Positions 8,978-18,713 of a DNA stretch of 64,000 nucleotides are shown piece after piece. The stretch comes from Staphylococcus phage Twort: the sequence record NC_007021.1; one strand, given 5' to 3'. Each line of letters starts with the position of its first letter. Positions within the stretch are counted from its first letter, which is position 1. Below the pieces are notes generated by a model that searched no databases, had not been told where the DNA came from, and was given only the letters and a program-made list of their open reading frames with translations. Both the position numbers and the translations under genes were made by a program.

Positions 8978-9716
8978 AATGTTTTATGAGCAAGATATTA
9001 AAGATTTAATTAGGACTAAAAAACATTTATTTCATAAGGATGAGATAACAAGTAATATAGATGATATTAAAATATTTAATGAAAAGGTAATTTGTCAAGG
9101 AAAGTGTAGAACCGATTGTTTAGTACTAGACCGTAACGGTACTGTTATGGGAATAGAAATAAAAACTGAGAGGGATTCTACACAAAGATTAAATAAACAG
9201 CTTTACTATTATAGCTTAGTATGTAAATATGTTTATGTATTTTGTCATGATAAACATGTCCCTAAGGTAGAAAAAATACTAAAAGAACATAAACATGACC
9301 ACGTAGGTATTATAAGTTACATTAATTTCAGAGGTAAACCTACAGTAGGTAAATATAAACAAGCAACACCCTCACCTTTCAGAAGTCCTTACCATACTTT
9401 AAATATTCTATGGAAGTACTCTTTACTAACTATGCTAAGAATCATACGAGACTATACAAAGTACTACAACAAGAAAGTTACATTCAATAAGAATGGTCAC
9501 CAAAATGAATTAGCAACAAAAAGCACACAATCTTATAGAATGAAAAAACCTGCTATTATAAACCAAATTATTGGTTTTATAGGGGTAGAAAAAACTTACC
9601 AGTTATTCTGTAGAGTTGTTATTTATGGTTATTCAGATAGATGGAAATTGATAGATGAGACATTTTTTGATGTAGTTAAGAATGGGGTGATTGGTATTTA
9701 TGAAGAAGAAAGATAA
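8970..9716 (+). CDS. hypothetical protein, possible PD-(D/E)XK nuclease fold
   Basis: CLVLDRNGTVMGIEIKTERD fits D-x(n)-E-x-K arrangement; weak. Confidence 0.35.
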   Translation: MSEMFYEQDIKDLIRTKKHLFHKDEITSNIDDIKIFNEKVICQGKCRTDCLVLDRNGTVMGIEIKTERDSTQRLNKQLYYYSLVCKYVYVFCHDKHVPKVEKILKEHKHDHVGIISYINFRGKPTVGKYKQATPSPFRSPYHTLNILWKYSLLTMLRIIRDYTKYYNKKVTFNKNGHQNELATKSTQSYRMKKPAIINQIIGFIGVEKTYQLFCRVVIYGYSDRWKLIDETFFDVVKNGVIGIYEEER

Positions 9717-10119
9717 ACCAAAAAGAATATGGCACCAACCAGTAAACTTTGCGCCTACAAATAACTTAGCGGGTGCAAACCCTACATTTTTCCCTAAAAA
9801 AGGGCAACAACCTAAGGAATCTAAGGGATATGAGTATCGTATACAATTTATAAAGAGGTTTGACAATGTAACGAATACTGATGTTAGTATGCAAAAGAAG
9901 TATATGTTAAATCTTATTAGTAGGGACTTGAATTTACCTGAAAAATATATTACACTAACACAAAAAGGTAAGAAAAAAGAAGATATTTTACATACAAATA
10001 GAATATATTACGTTTATAGGTCTAAAAAACTTATAGGTAAGTGTGCTATACAAGAACAAAGAACGTTTACAACGACAAACTTATTGTTTATTTTTAAATT
10101 AAGGAAAAGGAAGAGGTAA
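9691..10119 (+). CDS. hypothetical basic protein (142 aa)
   Basis: ORF; lysine-rich. Confidence 0.45.
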   Translation: MVFMKKKDKPKRIWHQPVNFAPTNNLAGANPTFFPKKGQQPKESKGYEYRIQFIKRFDNVTNTDVSMQKKYMLNLISRDLNLPEKYITLTQKGKKKEDILHTNRIYYVYRSKKLIGKCAIQEQRTFTTTNLLFIFKLRKRKR

Positions 10120-10120
10120 T

Positions 10121-10927
10121 ATGGAGATTATTAATAAAGAAACAACTATTAGTGTAAAAACATTATTAAAGAAATTAAAGAAAGAACCTACTATTGTAGG
10201 GGTAGGTTATGGTTCTGAGTTATTTCCCTACCAACTATTAACGGAGCCTTATGTAGAGATAGAGGAATCGGAAGATGGTTTTCTTAAGATTTATAATAAA
10301 GTATTTGTTCCTCATTTTAGAGTAACAGACTTTAATAATTTTAGTATTGTCCTAGAAAGTGCTATGCTAGGTTACACTACTAAGTTACAAGAACCTAGTA
10401 AGAATACTTTTGATATTATGACTACGTATAAGGAAGATAAGACTGTACAAGAGTATGCTGTTTCTAGCGTATTTGAAGAACCCACTATCACTAAATCTTC
10501 TTTTACTATTAATAAAAAAAGATTTACTATATATAAGATTACAGAAACACAAATTACGTCTTTAGACTTTAAAGATTTTACACATACAATGTACTTAGTA
10601 ACTACCGAAGAACAGAATTTTGAGGTGTCTAAGTTACTTAAAGGTAGGTTAAGTAAAACAGAAACACATCATTTACTAAACTTATTCTCAGGTACTAAGG
10701 TATTACCTGAAACAGTTATTGCTGTATCTTCTTCAAGAAGTAATGTAAGTTTTGATATGTACGAACCTAATGGGTTTATTCTTATTTTCAAAGCTAACAT
10801 TTATGAATTAGGTTCTAAAAACCATAATATTTCCTTCCATAAAGACCTTATTAAAGGTAGTACTTTAGAAGATAATAGTCTTACATTACACATTAAAAAT
10901 AAACATGATTTACAATTATTTTGGTAA
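10121..10927 (+). CDS. hypothetical protein (268 aa)
   Basis: ORF directly abutting upstream gene. Confidence 0.5.
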   Translation: MEIINKETTISVKTLLKKLKKEPTIVGVGYGSELFPYQLLTEPYVEIEESEDGFLKIYNKVFVPHFRVTDFNNFSIVLESAMLGYTTKLQEPSKNTFDIMTTYKEDKTVQEYAVSSVFEEPTITKSSFTINKKRFTIYKITETQITSLDFKDFTHTMYLVTTEEQNFEVSKLLKGRLSKTETHHLLNLFSGTKVLPETVIAVSSSRSNVSFDMYEPNGFILIFKANIYELGSKNHNISFHKDLIKGSTLEDNSLTLHIKNKHDLQLFW

Positions 10928-11084
10928 TAATTAATAATATTAGTGTTATTCTATAATTTTTACTTACAACAAAGTAGTTACTAAAATTAAAGGTGAGTCA
11001 AAGATTATAAAAATGCAAGAATAAAATAATGAAAAATATTTTCGAAATCCTACTTTATTTTGAAAATAATTACCATAGAAATTT

Positions 11085-11140
11085 ACTACTAGATAGTTAC
11101 AAGTTTATTTCTATGGTTTTTTAAAAATAAAATTTTGGGA
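11085..11140 (+). terminator. long hairpin (11-bp arms accatagaaat / atttctatggt) followed by T-run
   Basis: Inverted repeat read directly in intergenic region after 10121..10927. Confidence 0.45.
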
Positions 11141-11265
11141 AAATAGTGATATATTAAGTATGAAATACCTCTTAAAACCTTATTCTAAAAGGGTTATAGT
11201 AGTTTACTATAAAGTGTTTCATCATTAGTTTAATTTATTATATTAATAAAGGAAGATACATAAAT

Positions 11266-11994
11266 ATGGCTAGAAAAAAGATGAGAAATAAAAATGATAA
11301 GAATCTTAAAGTTGTACCAGAGAAAAAGAGTATATTAGTAGAACTTTACGAAAATAAGTTATTACGTACTAAGGTAGATAATGCAATTGATGAAGACTTA
11401 GGTTATGATTATATTATAGAACTATGTAAAGAATATGGATTAGAATTATCTAAATCTGCTATTAGTCGTTATAAAACAAAACGTAGAGAAGCTATACAAA
11501 ATGGTTGGGATTTAGGAGAATATATTGATGGTAGAAAGAAAAATAATGTTTCTTCCATTGAAGACAAAGAAGTAGATGTAGCTAGTAAAGTAGACCCAAC
11601 ACATCCTTTCGAAGTAGCTAAGAAAAAAACGCAAGACATTTATGATGACATTGAAGTACTTGATAGCATTATTCAAGCAGGTGCTTTAGGATTACAATAT
11701 GTAGACACCGTAGACCCTGCACTTGCATTAAAAGCAATGGAAACTAAGCATAAGATTACAGGTGGACAACTACAAGGAATGAGTTTAGTTGGTATGCGTG
11801 AGTTGCTAGTTAAACAAAATGCTAGGGATACAGCAATTACACAAGTAATCTTAGAATATATTCCAGAAGAAAAACATGAAGAAGTCATGGAACGTTTAGA
11901 AGAAACTGAAAAAGAGTTCTATGAAAACTTAGACCTGGATGAAGAAGATATGAGATTAAAACAAGCGTTAGATAGAGTAGGTTACTCTATTTAG
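11266..11994 (+). CDS. hypothetical protein (242 aa), basic N-terminus, acidic C-terminus
   Basis: ORF with RBS aaaggaag. Confidence 0.5.
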   Translation: MARKKMRNKNDKNLKVVPEKKSILVELYENKLLRTKVDNAIDEDLGYDYIIELCKEYGLELSKSAISRYKTKRREAIQNGWDLGEYIDGRKKNNVSSIEDKEVDVASKVDPTHPFEVAKKKTQDIYDDIEVLDSIIQAGALGLQYVDTVDPALALKAMETKHKITGGQLQGMSLVGMRELLVKQNARDTAITQVILEYIPEEKHEEVMERLEETEKEFYENLDLDEEDMRLKQALDRVGYSI

Positions 11995-12009
11995 AATAGG
12001 AGAAGTTAT

Positions 12010-12474
12010 ATGGTAGAAGAAATCGTATTTAAACAGTTAGAAGAGGCAAAGCCTATTAAAGACCTTGGGACAATTATCAGGTACTTAGAAGAAGGTAAAG
12101 TACTACTTGTTAGACAAGAAAATCAAGGTGACATTATTGTAAAGTTAACGGACAATAGTACAAATGGTCATAAGATGACTTATATTAGTAGAGACATTAA
12201 AGAAGAATCTAGTTATTATAAAAGACATTGGGCTCCATTCGACATTAGTATTAATGCATTCCTTGCTTTTGATGTTTACTTAGCTGAGGATGTGAATAAG
12301 TATAATTATAATAATAAATTTAATATTAAGGATATTGTTGAGTTTGTAGCAGGAGACAATAATGACATTGCTTATATACATGATGTGTATACTGATGGTA
12401 CTAAGTTTATGTACAGTTTAACTGGAGAAGAAAGATTATTTGAAGAGTCAGAATTACGTAAAATTAATCGTTGA
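12010..12474 (+). CDS. hypothetical protein (154 aa)
   Basis: ORF with RBS ggagaag. Confidence 0.5.
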   Translation: MVEEIVFKQLEEAKPIKDLGTIIRYLEEGKVLLVRQENQGDIIVKLTDNSTNGHKMTYISRDIKEESSYYKRHWAPFDISINAFLAFDVYLAEDVNKYNYNNKFNIKDIVEFVAGDNNDIAYIHDVYTDGTKFMYSLTGEERLFEESELRKINR

Positions 12475-12531
12475 CATAAGTAAAAAGTTATGATAAAGTA
12501 TATGTATACTTATTAAAGGAGAGATAGTATT

Positions 12532-12963
12532 ATGATTATTTACTTAAACAATGAGGAAAAGAATTTAGTAAAGGAAAATAAATATACACCATTAGAAAGT
12601 AAGTTTAAAACGAAAAAAGAAAAAGACATTGTAGAAATGTATCGTAAAGGTCATCCAGTTAATGACATTTGTAATGTACATAACATTAGTATGGGTATGT
12701 TATATACTGTTGTTAATAACCATAAACTAGGTAAACGTAATGTTACTAAAGGATTATTAAGTAAAATTAAACATATACTGAATAATAAAAATAAACTAGA
12801 GAACTTGATTAATGATTATGGTAAATTAACGAATAAGGAAATCTATAGTAAGTATCAAATTCATAAGAATGGTTTGTATTATATCTTAGACTTGTATAAC
12901 ATTGAAAGAAAACAAGACACTAAAGATGAGGTATTATCAGATAACATTGTAATTGAAGAATAG
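12532..12963 (+). CDS. hypothetical protein with possible HTH
   Basis: IVEMYRKGHPVNDICNVHNISMGMLYTVV resembles small HTH. Confidence 0.45.
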   Translation: MIIYLNNEEKNLVKENKYTPLESKFKTKKEKDIVEMYRKGHPVNDICNVHNISMGMLYTVVNNHKLGKRNVTKGLLSKIKHILNNKNKLENLINDYGKLTNKEIYSKYQIHKNGLYYILDLYNIERKQDTKDEVLSDNIVIEE

Positions 12964-12972
12964 GGTGATAAT

Positions 12973-13647
12973 ATGAGTTACCAAGAAAGATTAAAAGAGA
13001 TTAGGAAACAAAGTGATACACATAAAGAAATTAATAATAGTAAGAAGAAATATACAATGGATGAGTTAGAGCTATCTTTATTTGATAGGGATAGTGATGT
13101 TATTAAACCATTTACAAGTATTAGTAAAGATGATGAGATTAGCAGTAATGACTTATTTATTGCAACCCTACCTAATAATATTGTCCTTGCTGATGGAACT
13201 ACTTTAGAAAAAGGTCAGTATATTGGTAATAGTATGGGTAAATTATCAGACCTTGAAGATATGGAAGATTCGGGTATATCTTCTAAAACCCTCTATGAAA
13301 ATGGCCATAGAATTAACTTACTTGCTGTTGTTAATAATCCTAAGGCAGTATACACTCAAAAAGATTTAGTTGTGGATATTAAAGATGGCGTAGAAGTTAG
13401 AGACGTAACAACTAAAAGCTCTTCTGTAATTTCTAAACAAAAAATAGATTATATATCTCTTGTAGATGAATCTTACTTCGATAACCTTATAGATGATGTT
13501 CTTAAAGATTACAATAACTTATCTAATCCTAATACCTTGCTTAAAAGATATATTAAAAACAAAGAAATGTTAGGTGAAGGTAAAAAAATGATTTATTGTT
13601 CATTGCTAGATAAAGAAGTATTGGTTGTAGGTGGGAAAGATGAGTAG
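12973..13647 (+). CDS. hypothetical protein (224 aa)
   Basis: ORF. Confidence 0.5.
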   Translation: MSYQERLKEIRKQSDTHKEINNSKKKYTMDELELSLFDRDSDVIKPFTSISKDDEISSNDLFIATLPNNIVLADGTTLEKGQYIGNSMGKLSDLEDMEDSGISSKTLYENGHRINLLAVVNNPKAVYTQKDLVVDIKDGVEVRDVTTKSSSVISKQKIDYISLVDESYFDNLIDDVLKDYNNLSNPNTLLKRYIKNKEMLGEGKKMIYCSLLDKEVLVVGGKDE

Positions 13648-14035
13648 TAAGAAATGGCTATTTTATGTATTACTTTTTGCTGTTCTATTAAGCGCTGTAT
13701 TTGCATATTCTTGGACTTCTATTTACTATGAGAAAAATGCGTATGATTCAGGTGTAGTCCAAGACAGTGAAAGTAATAATACTAAAAATAATGGAGATAT
13801 AGAATATGTTACAACAGTAACATTAAAAAAGGATACAGATAAGAAAGCTACATTTATGGATGAGTTACCAAACTTTTTACCTGGAAGAACGGATGGTAAA
13901 ACTATAGATAAAAGTTTTTACAAATCTAGTGACTTTCGTGAAGGTGAGAGATTTAAATTATATAGAATTTACACAAGAGATAATAATGGTGAGGTAACAC
14001 ATAAGTATCGTTTTGAAAAGGAAGTAGATAATTAG
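13631..14035 (+). CDS. membrane-anchored/secreted protein (N-terminal TM)
   Basis: WLFYVLLFAVLLSAVFAYSW hydrophobic N-terminus. Confidence 0.5.
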   Translation: MGKMSSKKWLFYVLLFAVLLSAVFAYSWTSIYYEKNAYDSGVVQDSESNNTKNNGDIEYVTTVTLKKDTDKKATFMDELPNFLPGRTDGKTIDKSFYKSSDFREGERFKLYRIYTRDNNGEVTHKYRFEKEVDN

Positions 14036-14122
14036 TGGCTCCTTTAACTATATCAATTATTATAGGTATTTGTATTATATATTATTTATTTGAGAAAGAT
14101 TAGGTTAAGTGGAAGTTTTCCC

Positions 14123-14150
14123 TTGACCTTTTTTTATTTATCTGTATAAT
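14123..14150 (+). promoter_or_regulatory. promoter TTGACC-N16-TATAAT following terminator-like hairpin
   Basis: ttgacc 14123-14128, tataat 14145-14150. Confidence 0.55.
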
Positions 14151-14167
14151 ATTAATTAGGAGGGATT

Positions 14168-14410
14168 TTGATGATGAATTTAAAAATATTTTATGAAGAG
14201 GTTAAACAATTAGAAAATAGAAAGATTGCCAAGGAGCAGGTATTACTAGAATCAATGAAAACATTTAGTAAGTTAAGAGGAACTTTAACAAATAGTCAAT
14301 TAAGTCTTGACATTCTTTTAAATTATGGTATAGTTGAATATATCAAATATAAAAGGTATTTAGGAAGATTACAAAATTGTGTAGTAAAAGCATATAAGGA
14401 GGAGTATTAA
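14168..14410 (+). CDS. hypothetical protein (80 aa)
   Basis: ORF with RBS aggaggga. Confidence 0.5.
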   Translation: MMMNLKIFYEEVKQLENRKIAKEQVLLESMKTFSKLRGTLTNSQLSLDILLNYGIVEYIKYKRYLGRLQNCVVKAYKEEY

Positions 14411-14634
14411 TGTTATTTTTTAAAGAAAAGTTTTATAATGAATTAAGTTATTATAGAGGTGGACACAAGGATTTAGAAAGTATGTTTGAGTTAGCGTTAG
14501 AGTATATTGAGAAATTAGAAGAAGAAGATGAACAGCAGGTAACTGATTATGAGAACGCTATGGAAGAAGAATTAAGGGATGCTGTTGATGTAATTGAGAG
14601 TCAGTTAGAAATTATTAAGGATATAGTTCGATGA
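14410..14634 (+). CDS. hypothetical acidic protein (74 aa)
   Basis: ORF with RBS aaggagg. Confidence 0.5.
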   Translation: MLFFKEKFYNELSYYRGGHKDLESMFELALEYIEKLEEEDEQQVTDYENAMEEELRDAVDVIESQLEIIKDIVR

Positions 14635-14794
14635 GTGGGTTTAATGATTTTCTTAAACAAGAATCTAAAAGGGTTAATAAACCACTCAAGAAACAGAGAA
14701 AGAAGAAAGAAACACCTATAGAAGAAGTGCAAGAAAAGTTAGCTAAAATAAGAAGTAAATCAAAGTATATGGATTTAGGTAGGAGATATAAATG
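14630..14794 (+). CDS. small basic protein (54 aa), not in supplied ORF track
   Basis: ATGA overlap with upstream stop; MSGFNDFLKQESKRVNKPLKKQRKKKETPIEEVQEKLAKIRSKSKYMDLGRRYK. Confidence 0.35.
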
Positions 14795-14998
14795 AAAACC
14801 TATACATGCAATAGGGTATCGGCTAGTGTTGAAGAACTTAAACAGTACAAAGATTTCAGGTTATTATTCGGGTTTGATGATGTTGTATTATATTTACTTA
14901 GTGAGCAAGATGAAGCAAAAACATTTAAAATGGAAAAGAAAGAATTAGAAAAAATAGAAAAGAAATATAGTAATGAACCTTTCTTTTCTTACTTATAG
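14792..14998 (+). CDS. hypothetical protein (68 aa)
   Basis: ORF with RBS aggagat. Confidence 0.45.
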   Translation: MKTYTCNRVSASVEELKQYKDFRLLFGFDDVVLYLLSEQDEAKTFKMEKKELEKIEKKYSNEPFFSYL

Positions 14999-15096
14999 GA
15001 GGGTATTGTAACAGGTAGTAATAATTTATAAAAACTTATAAATTTATTTGCATTTTTGGATAAAGTATGCTATGTTATATTTAGAGGTGATAATAT

Positions 15097-15177
15097 GGCA
15101 TATATGTCTATAGGAAAATTTAGTAAAGAGATAGGTGTTACACTCAAACATTACGTAATTGGCAGGGTGAATTAACT
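15097..15177 (+). pseudogene. remnant of IS607-type TnpA serine recombinase N-terminus (MerR-like HTH), frameshifted and truncated
   Basis: MAYMSIGKFSKEIGVTLK then in +1 frame TLRNWQGELTN; matches conserved N-terminal HTH of IS607 TnpA; stops after ~27 codons and overlaps tnpB start. Confidence 0.5.
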
Positions 15178-15178
15178 A

Positions 15179-16288
15179 ATGATAACGAAAAAAGTTAGAC
15201 TTAAACCTACTAAACAACAGGAGTTAAAATTACGTAAATCAGCAGATATAGCACGATTTATATATAATTGGACTTTAGCAAAACAACAAGAAAATTATAA
15301 ACAAGGCAATAAATTTATACAAGATTCTGTGTTAAGAAAAGAAATAACACAATTAAAGAAAACTGAAGAGTTTAGATGGTTAAATGAAGTAAGTAATAAT
15401 ATTCCTAAGCAAGCAGTTAAAGATGCTTGTAATGCTTACAAAAGATTTTTTAAAAAACAATCTGGTTTTCCTAAATTTAAATCTAAAAAGAAAACAAGAC
15501 CTAGTTTCTATAATGATACACAAAAACTAAAAGTAAAAGAAAAATCAGTATTATTAGAAAAAGTGGGTTGGGTTAGAACATCTGAACAATTACCTGTAGG
15601 TACTAAGTACTACAATCCTAGAATCACTTTTGATGGTAAATATTGGTATATAAGTGTTTCTATTGAAGAAGAAAATAAATATGAAGAACTAACAAACGAA
15701 TCTTTAGGTATTGATTTAGGAATAAAAGAATTAGCCGTATGCTCTGATGGAAGTATTTATGAAAATATTAACAAAACAATAAGAGTTAAAAAACTAGAAA
15801 AACGATTACGTAGATTGCAACGTAAGGTATCTCGTAAATACCAAAATAATAAAGAAGGGAGTACCTTTGTCAAAACTTGCAATATTATAAAACTTGAAAA
15901 ACAAATTAAACTCTTACAACGAAGATTGTCTAACATTCGTAAAAACTATTTACATCAAACAACAACTTCTATAGTGAAAACCAAACCTAGAAGAATTGTT
16001 ATAGAAGATTTGAATGTAAGTGGTATGATGAAGAATAGACACTTAGCTAAAGCAATACAAAAACAAGGATTCTATGAGTTCCGTAAACAACTAGAATATA
16101 AGTGTGGAAGAAAAGGTATAGAACTTGTTATTGCAGATAGATTCTTTCCTTCTAGTAAAACATGCTCTAATTGTGGTAACATCCACAAAAACTTAAAACT
16201 ATCAGATAGAATATTTAAGTGTGACTGTGGTTTTAGTATTGATAGAGACCTTAATGCTAGTATTAATTTAGCTAATTATAATATTTAG
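15179..16288 (+). CDS. tnpB: TnpB (IS605/IS607-family OrfB) RuvC-like RNA-guided endonuclease
   Basis: RuvC-I GIDLGIKELAVCSDG, RuvC-II RIVIEDLNVSGM, zinc finger CSNCGN...CDCGF, RuvC-III DRDLNASINLA; 369 aa. Confidence 0.85.
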   Translation: MITKKVRLKPTKQQELKLRKSADIARFIYNWTLAKQQENYKQGNKFIQDSVLRKEITQLKKTEEFRWLNEVSNNIPKQAVKDACNAYKRFFKKQSGFPKFKSKKKTRPSFYNDTQKLKVKEKSVLLEKVGWVRTSEQLPVGTKYYNPRITFDGKYWYISVSIEEENKYEELTNESLGIDLGIKELAVCSDGSIYENINKTIRVKKLEKRLRRLQRKVSRKYQNNKEGSTFVKTCNIIKLEKQIKLLQRRLSNIRKNYLHQTTTSIVKTKPRRIVIEDLNVSGMMKNRHLAKAIQKQGFYEFRKQLEYKCGRKGIELVIADRFFPSSKTCSNCGNIHKNLKLSDRIFKCDCGFSIDRDLNASINLANYNI

Positions 16289-16289
16289 A

Positions 16290-16440
16290 TTATCACTAAT
16301 AAGATACTAAATATATGTACCATTCGTTGTATGGGAATTTAAGCCTTTGGAGTATCATACAAACTTGAGTAGAGTAAATGAATATAGTAATTTACTCAAA
16401 AGGGGATACGTTGAAAAAGGAATATAATTTATAAAGTTTT
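16290..16440 (+). ncRNA. candidate omega RNA / right-end region of the TnpB element
   Basis: Perfect hairpin gagtaaat-gaatatagta-atttactc at about 16368-16398 immediately 3' of tnpB; omega RNAs normally overlap the tnpB 3' end and right end. Confidence 0.4.
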
Positions 16441-16465
16441 ATAAATTTTTGACAACGGGAATCAT

Positions 16466-16666
16466 ATGTTAACTATTCTAGTACTCATTTGGGTATTACT
16501 ATTTTTAACTGTTTTATTTAATATTAAAGTAGGGAATATTTTTATTCTAGGTGATTATGTAGAATTTAAAGACAAATTTGTGGCAGTATCGTTCTTATTA
16601 TTTTTATTGCTGTCTATGTTAATTGGTTTAATAATTATTCTTAAAGGAGTGTATGGACAATGGTAA
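16466..16666 (+). CDS. small membrane protein (66 aa, 2 TM)
   Basis: hydrophobic ORF. Confidence 0.45.
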   Translation: MLTILVLIWVLLFLTVLFNIKVGNIFILGDYVEFKDKFVAVSFLLFLLLSMLIGLIIILKGVYGQW

Positions 16667-16938
16667 AAGGAAACATTAAAGAACTTTTAAATTGTATTTG
16701 TGGTTGTGTAGATTCATTTATGGATGAAGGTAAAAGTTATGTAGTGTATTCAGACAAAAAAGTATTTGTTAAGTATAAAGGTGTTGTTATTGCAAGTATT
16801 GAAGATGATGTTGTTCATAGTAATGTATACCAACTTAAGACTGGTACTATAGAAAAACAAACCTTATATACTTTAGTTAAAGCACTTCAGTATTTAGTTA
16901 GTCTGGAGTATAGAGAACGAGAAGATATAAATATTTAA
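16660..16938 (+). CDS. hypothetical protein (92 aa)
   Basis: ORF with RBS aaggag. Confidence 0.5.
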   Translation: MVKGNIKELLNCICGCVDSFMDEGKSYVVYSDKKVFVKYKGVVIASIEDDVVHSNVYQLKTGTIEKQTLYTLVKALQYLVSLEYREREDINI

Positions 16939-16956
16939 AAAAGTTTAGGGAATCTG

Positions 16957-16985
16957 TTGACATTCAGATTCCCTTTTGTTATACT
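16957..16985 (+). promoter_or_regulatory. consensus promoter TTGACA-N17-TATACT embedded in terminator hairpin gggaatctg...cagattccc
   Basis: ttgaca 16957-16962; -10 at 16980-16985; hairpin arms flank the -35. Confidence 0.6.
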
Positions 16986-17007
16986 CTAATTAAGATAAGA
17001 AAAGGAG

Positions 17008-17580
17008 ATGTTTCATATGAAAAAATTATTTATGGTAGGAAGTTTAGGTCTGATGTTATTCGTAGGAGGTTGTGGTACTACAGAGCATAAAGAAGGTTCT
17101 CTGGAATCTAACACTAATGAAGTTGTAACAACAGAACAAAGTACAACACAAGAGTATAATGGAAGTAGTGAAGGTGGAAACGGAAACCCTAATGCAAATG
17201 TAACAACTGACCCAAGTGAAAAATATTTATCTGACTTTTTTGAGTCTAGGGCACAAGGAACAATATTAGATAGATTAGACCGCTATGCAGAATTAGTAGG
17301 TAAAATTAATAACCCAGAGGAAAACGTAGAAGCAGAAACATTACAATATGCTATTAAGAATATGGACACTTATGTAGAAGAGTTACCTGTTGAAACAGAA
17401 GACGATGCTAAGGCACAAGAACAACTAAGACAAATGGTTCAATACTATAAGCAAGCAAATGAAAACTTTAAAGAATACCAAGATACTGGTGATATAAATA
17501 AACTAAATAAAGGTAACGAAATGTATAATGAAGGATATACTTTAGAAGTAGAAGTAAAAAGAGGGACTAACTTAATTTAG
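17008..17580 (+). CDS. lipoprotein (signal peptide with lipobox LFVGGC)
   Basis: MKKLFMVGSLGLMLFVGGCG; likely true start near 17017. Confidence 0.6.
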   Translation: MFHMKKLFMVGSLGLMLFVGGCGTTEHKEGSLESNTNEVVTTEQSTTQEYNGSSEGGNGNPNANVTTDPSEKYLSDFFESRAQGTILDRLDRYAELVGKINNPEENVEAETLQYAIKNMDTYVEELPVETEDDAKAQEQLRQMVQYYKQANENFKEYQDTGDINKLNKGNEMYNEGYTLEVEVKRGTNLI

Positions 17581-17596
17581 GAGGAGGAGATAAATA

Positions 17597-17953
17597 ATGG
17601 AAAGAGTTACATGGGAAGATATTAAAAGATTAATAATACGCAATGGAACACTAGTACCACCGAATCTGCATGTTTATACAATAGGCAACTATCAAATTAA
17701 TTATCATATACTAGAAGATAAAATATGTTTATGCAAGGATAATGTAGAAGTAGCAGTCATAAAAGGACATATGCCTTGTCATATCACAGAGTTAGAGGAG
17801 GTTACTAATAAAGCACTAAGGTTAAATAAGGGTATTACAAGTGTAATTGATTACTATAAGAAACAATACTTGTATTATAATAAATTAGAAAATGAAAGAA
17901 AAGAGCAGGAAGAAGAGAAACTAGAAAAGTTACAATCTTTTATGAATAAATAA
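17597..17953 (+). CDS. hypothetical protein (118 aa); paralog of 24681..25025
   Basis: Shared C-terminal pattern VIDYYKK...EEEKLEKL vs VMDYYLIK...EEQRKLDK. Confidence 0.5.
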   Translation: MERVTWEDIKRLIIRNGTLVPPNLHVYTIGNYQINYHILEDKICLCKDNVEVAVIKGHMPCHITELEEVTNKALRLNKGITSVIDYYKKQYLYYNKLENERKEQEEEKLEKLQSFMNK

Positions 17954-17966
17954 GGAGGAATAGCTA

Positions 17967-18167
17967 ATGCGCCATGTAGAAATTAGGGAAAAAATAAACG
18001 GGAAACAGGTTATTGTATTCTTTAAAAACCATTTCTTTAATAGAACTGTTGTGGTACTTGATTTAGATACAGGAGAACTTATCAATTTACCTAAAAAATC
18101 TATAGAGGAAGTGTATCCTATTTTAGTAGGGAACTTAGATACAAAAGAATTAAAAAAATATATTTAA
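17967..18167 (+). CDS. hypothetical protein (66 aa)
   Basis: ORF with RBS aaggagg. Confidence 0.45.
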   Translation: MRHVEIREKINGKQVIVFFKNHFFNRTVVVLDLDTGELINLPKKSIEEVYPILVGNLDTKELKKYI

Positions 18168-18180
18168 AGGAGAATTTATT

Positions 18181-18633
18181 ATGAGTAAATTAGATTTATT
18201 AAAAGATATTGATATTGTTGAGTATTTAGAGGAACGAGATGTAGTAGAAGGTGTCGTAGGTAAACATAATGTTACTGTTAGGAAGGTACTAGATAGTGAG
18301 TATGTTATAACTGTAGAGGGTGTAAAATATGAAAAAGTAGAGGGGTTCGACCTTCTAGTAGAACTATATCAAATTAAGTACTTTACTAAAGAAGATATGA
18401 ATAAAAAGTTAGAAAAAATATCTTCAGATATTCAAAAAGTAAAATTAGAAAAAGAATTAAGAGAAGAATTAAATAGCTTACTAAAGGGTATTGAAGAGAA
18501 TTTAGTACATATTAAAGCCTTATTATTAACTAGTGAAGAACAAGGGTATACCCAAAACCTATTTAAACTTAATACTGGATACGAATCCATTAAAATTATG
18601 AATGATATTATTAAATTTATTAAACATAAATAA
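18181..18633 (+). CDS. hypothetical protein (150 aa)
   Basis: ORF with RBS aaggaga. Confidence 0.5.
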   Translation: MSKLDLLKDIDIVEYLEERDVVEGVVGKHNVTVRKVLDSEYVITVEGVKYEKVEGFDLLVELYQIKYFTKEDMNKKLEKISSDIQKVKLEKELREELNSLLKGIEENLVHIKALLLTSEEQGYTQNLFKLNTGYESIKIMNDIIKFIKHK

Positions 18634-18652
18634 AAAAACTTAGACTTAGGTG

Positions 18653-18681
18653 TTGACATTCACCTAAGTCTTTTGTATACT
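18653..18681 (+). promoter_or_regulatory. consensus promoter TTGACA-N17-TATACT inside terminator hairpin cttaggtg...cacctaag
   Basis: ttgaca 18653-18658, tatact 18676-18681. Confidence 0.6.
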
Positions 18682-18713
18682 TAAGGTACAAAGAATTTAG
18701 GAGGAGATTAATT

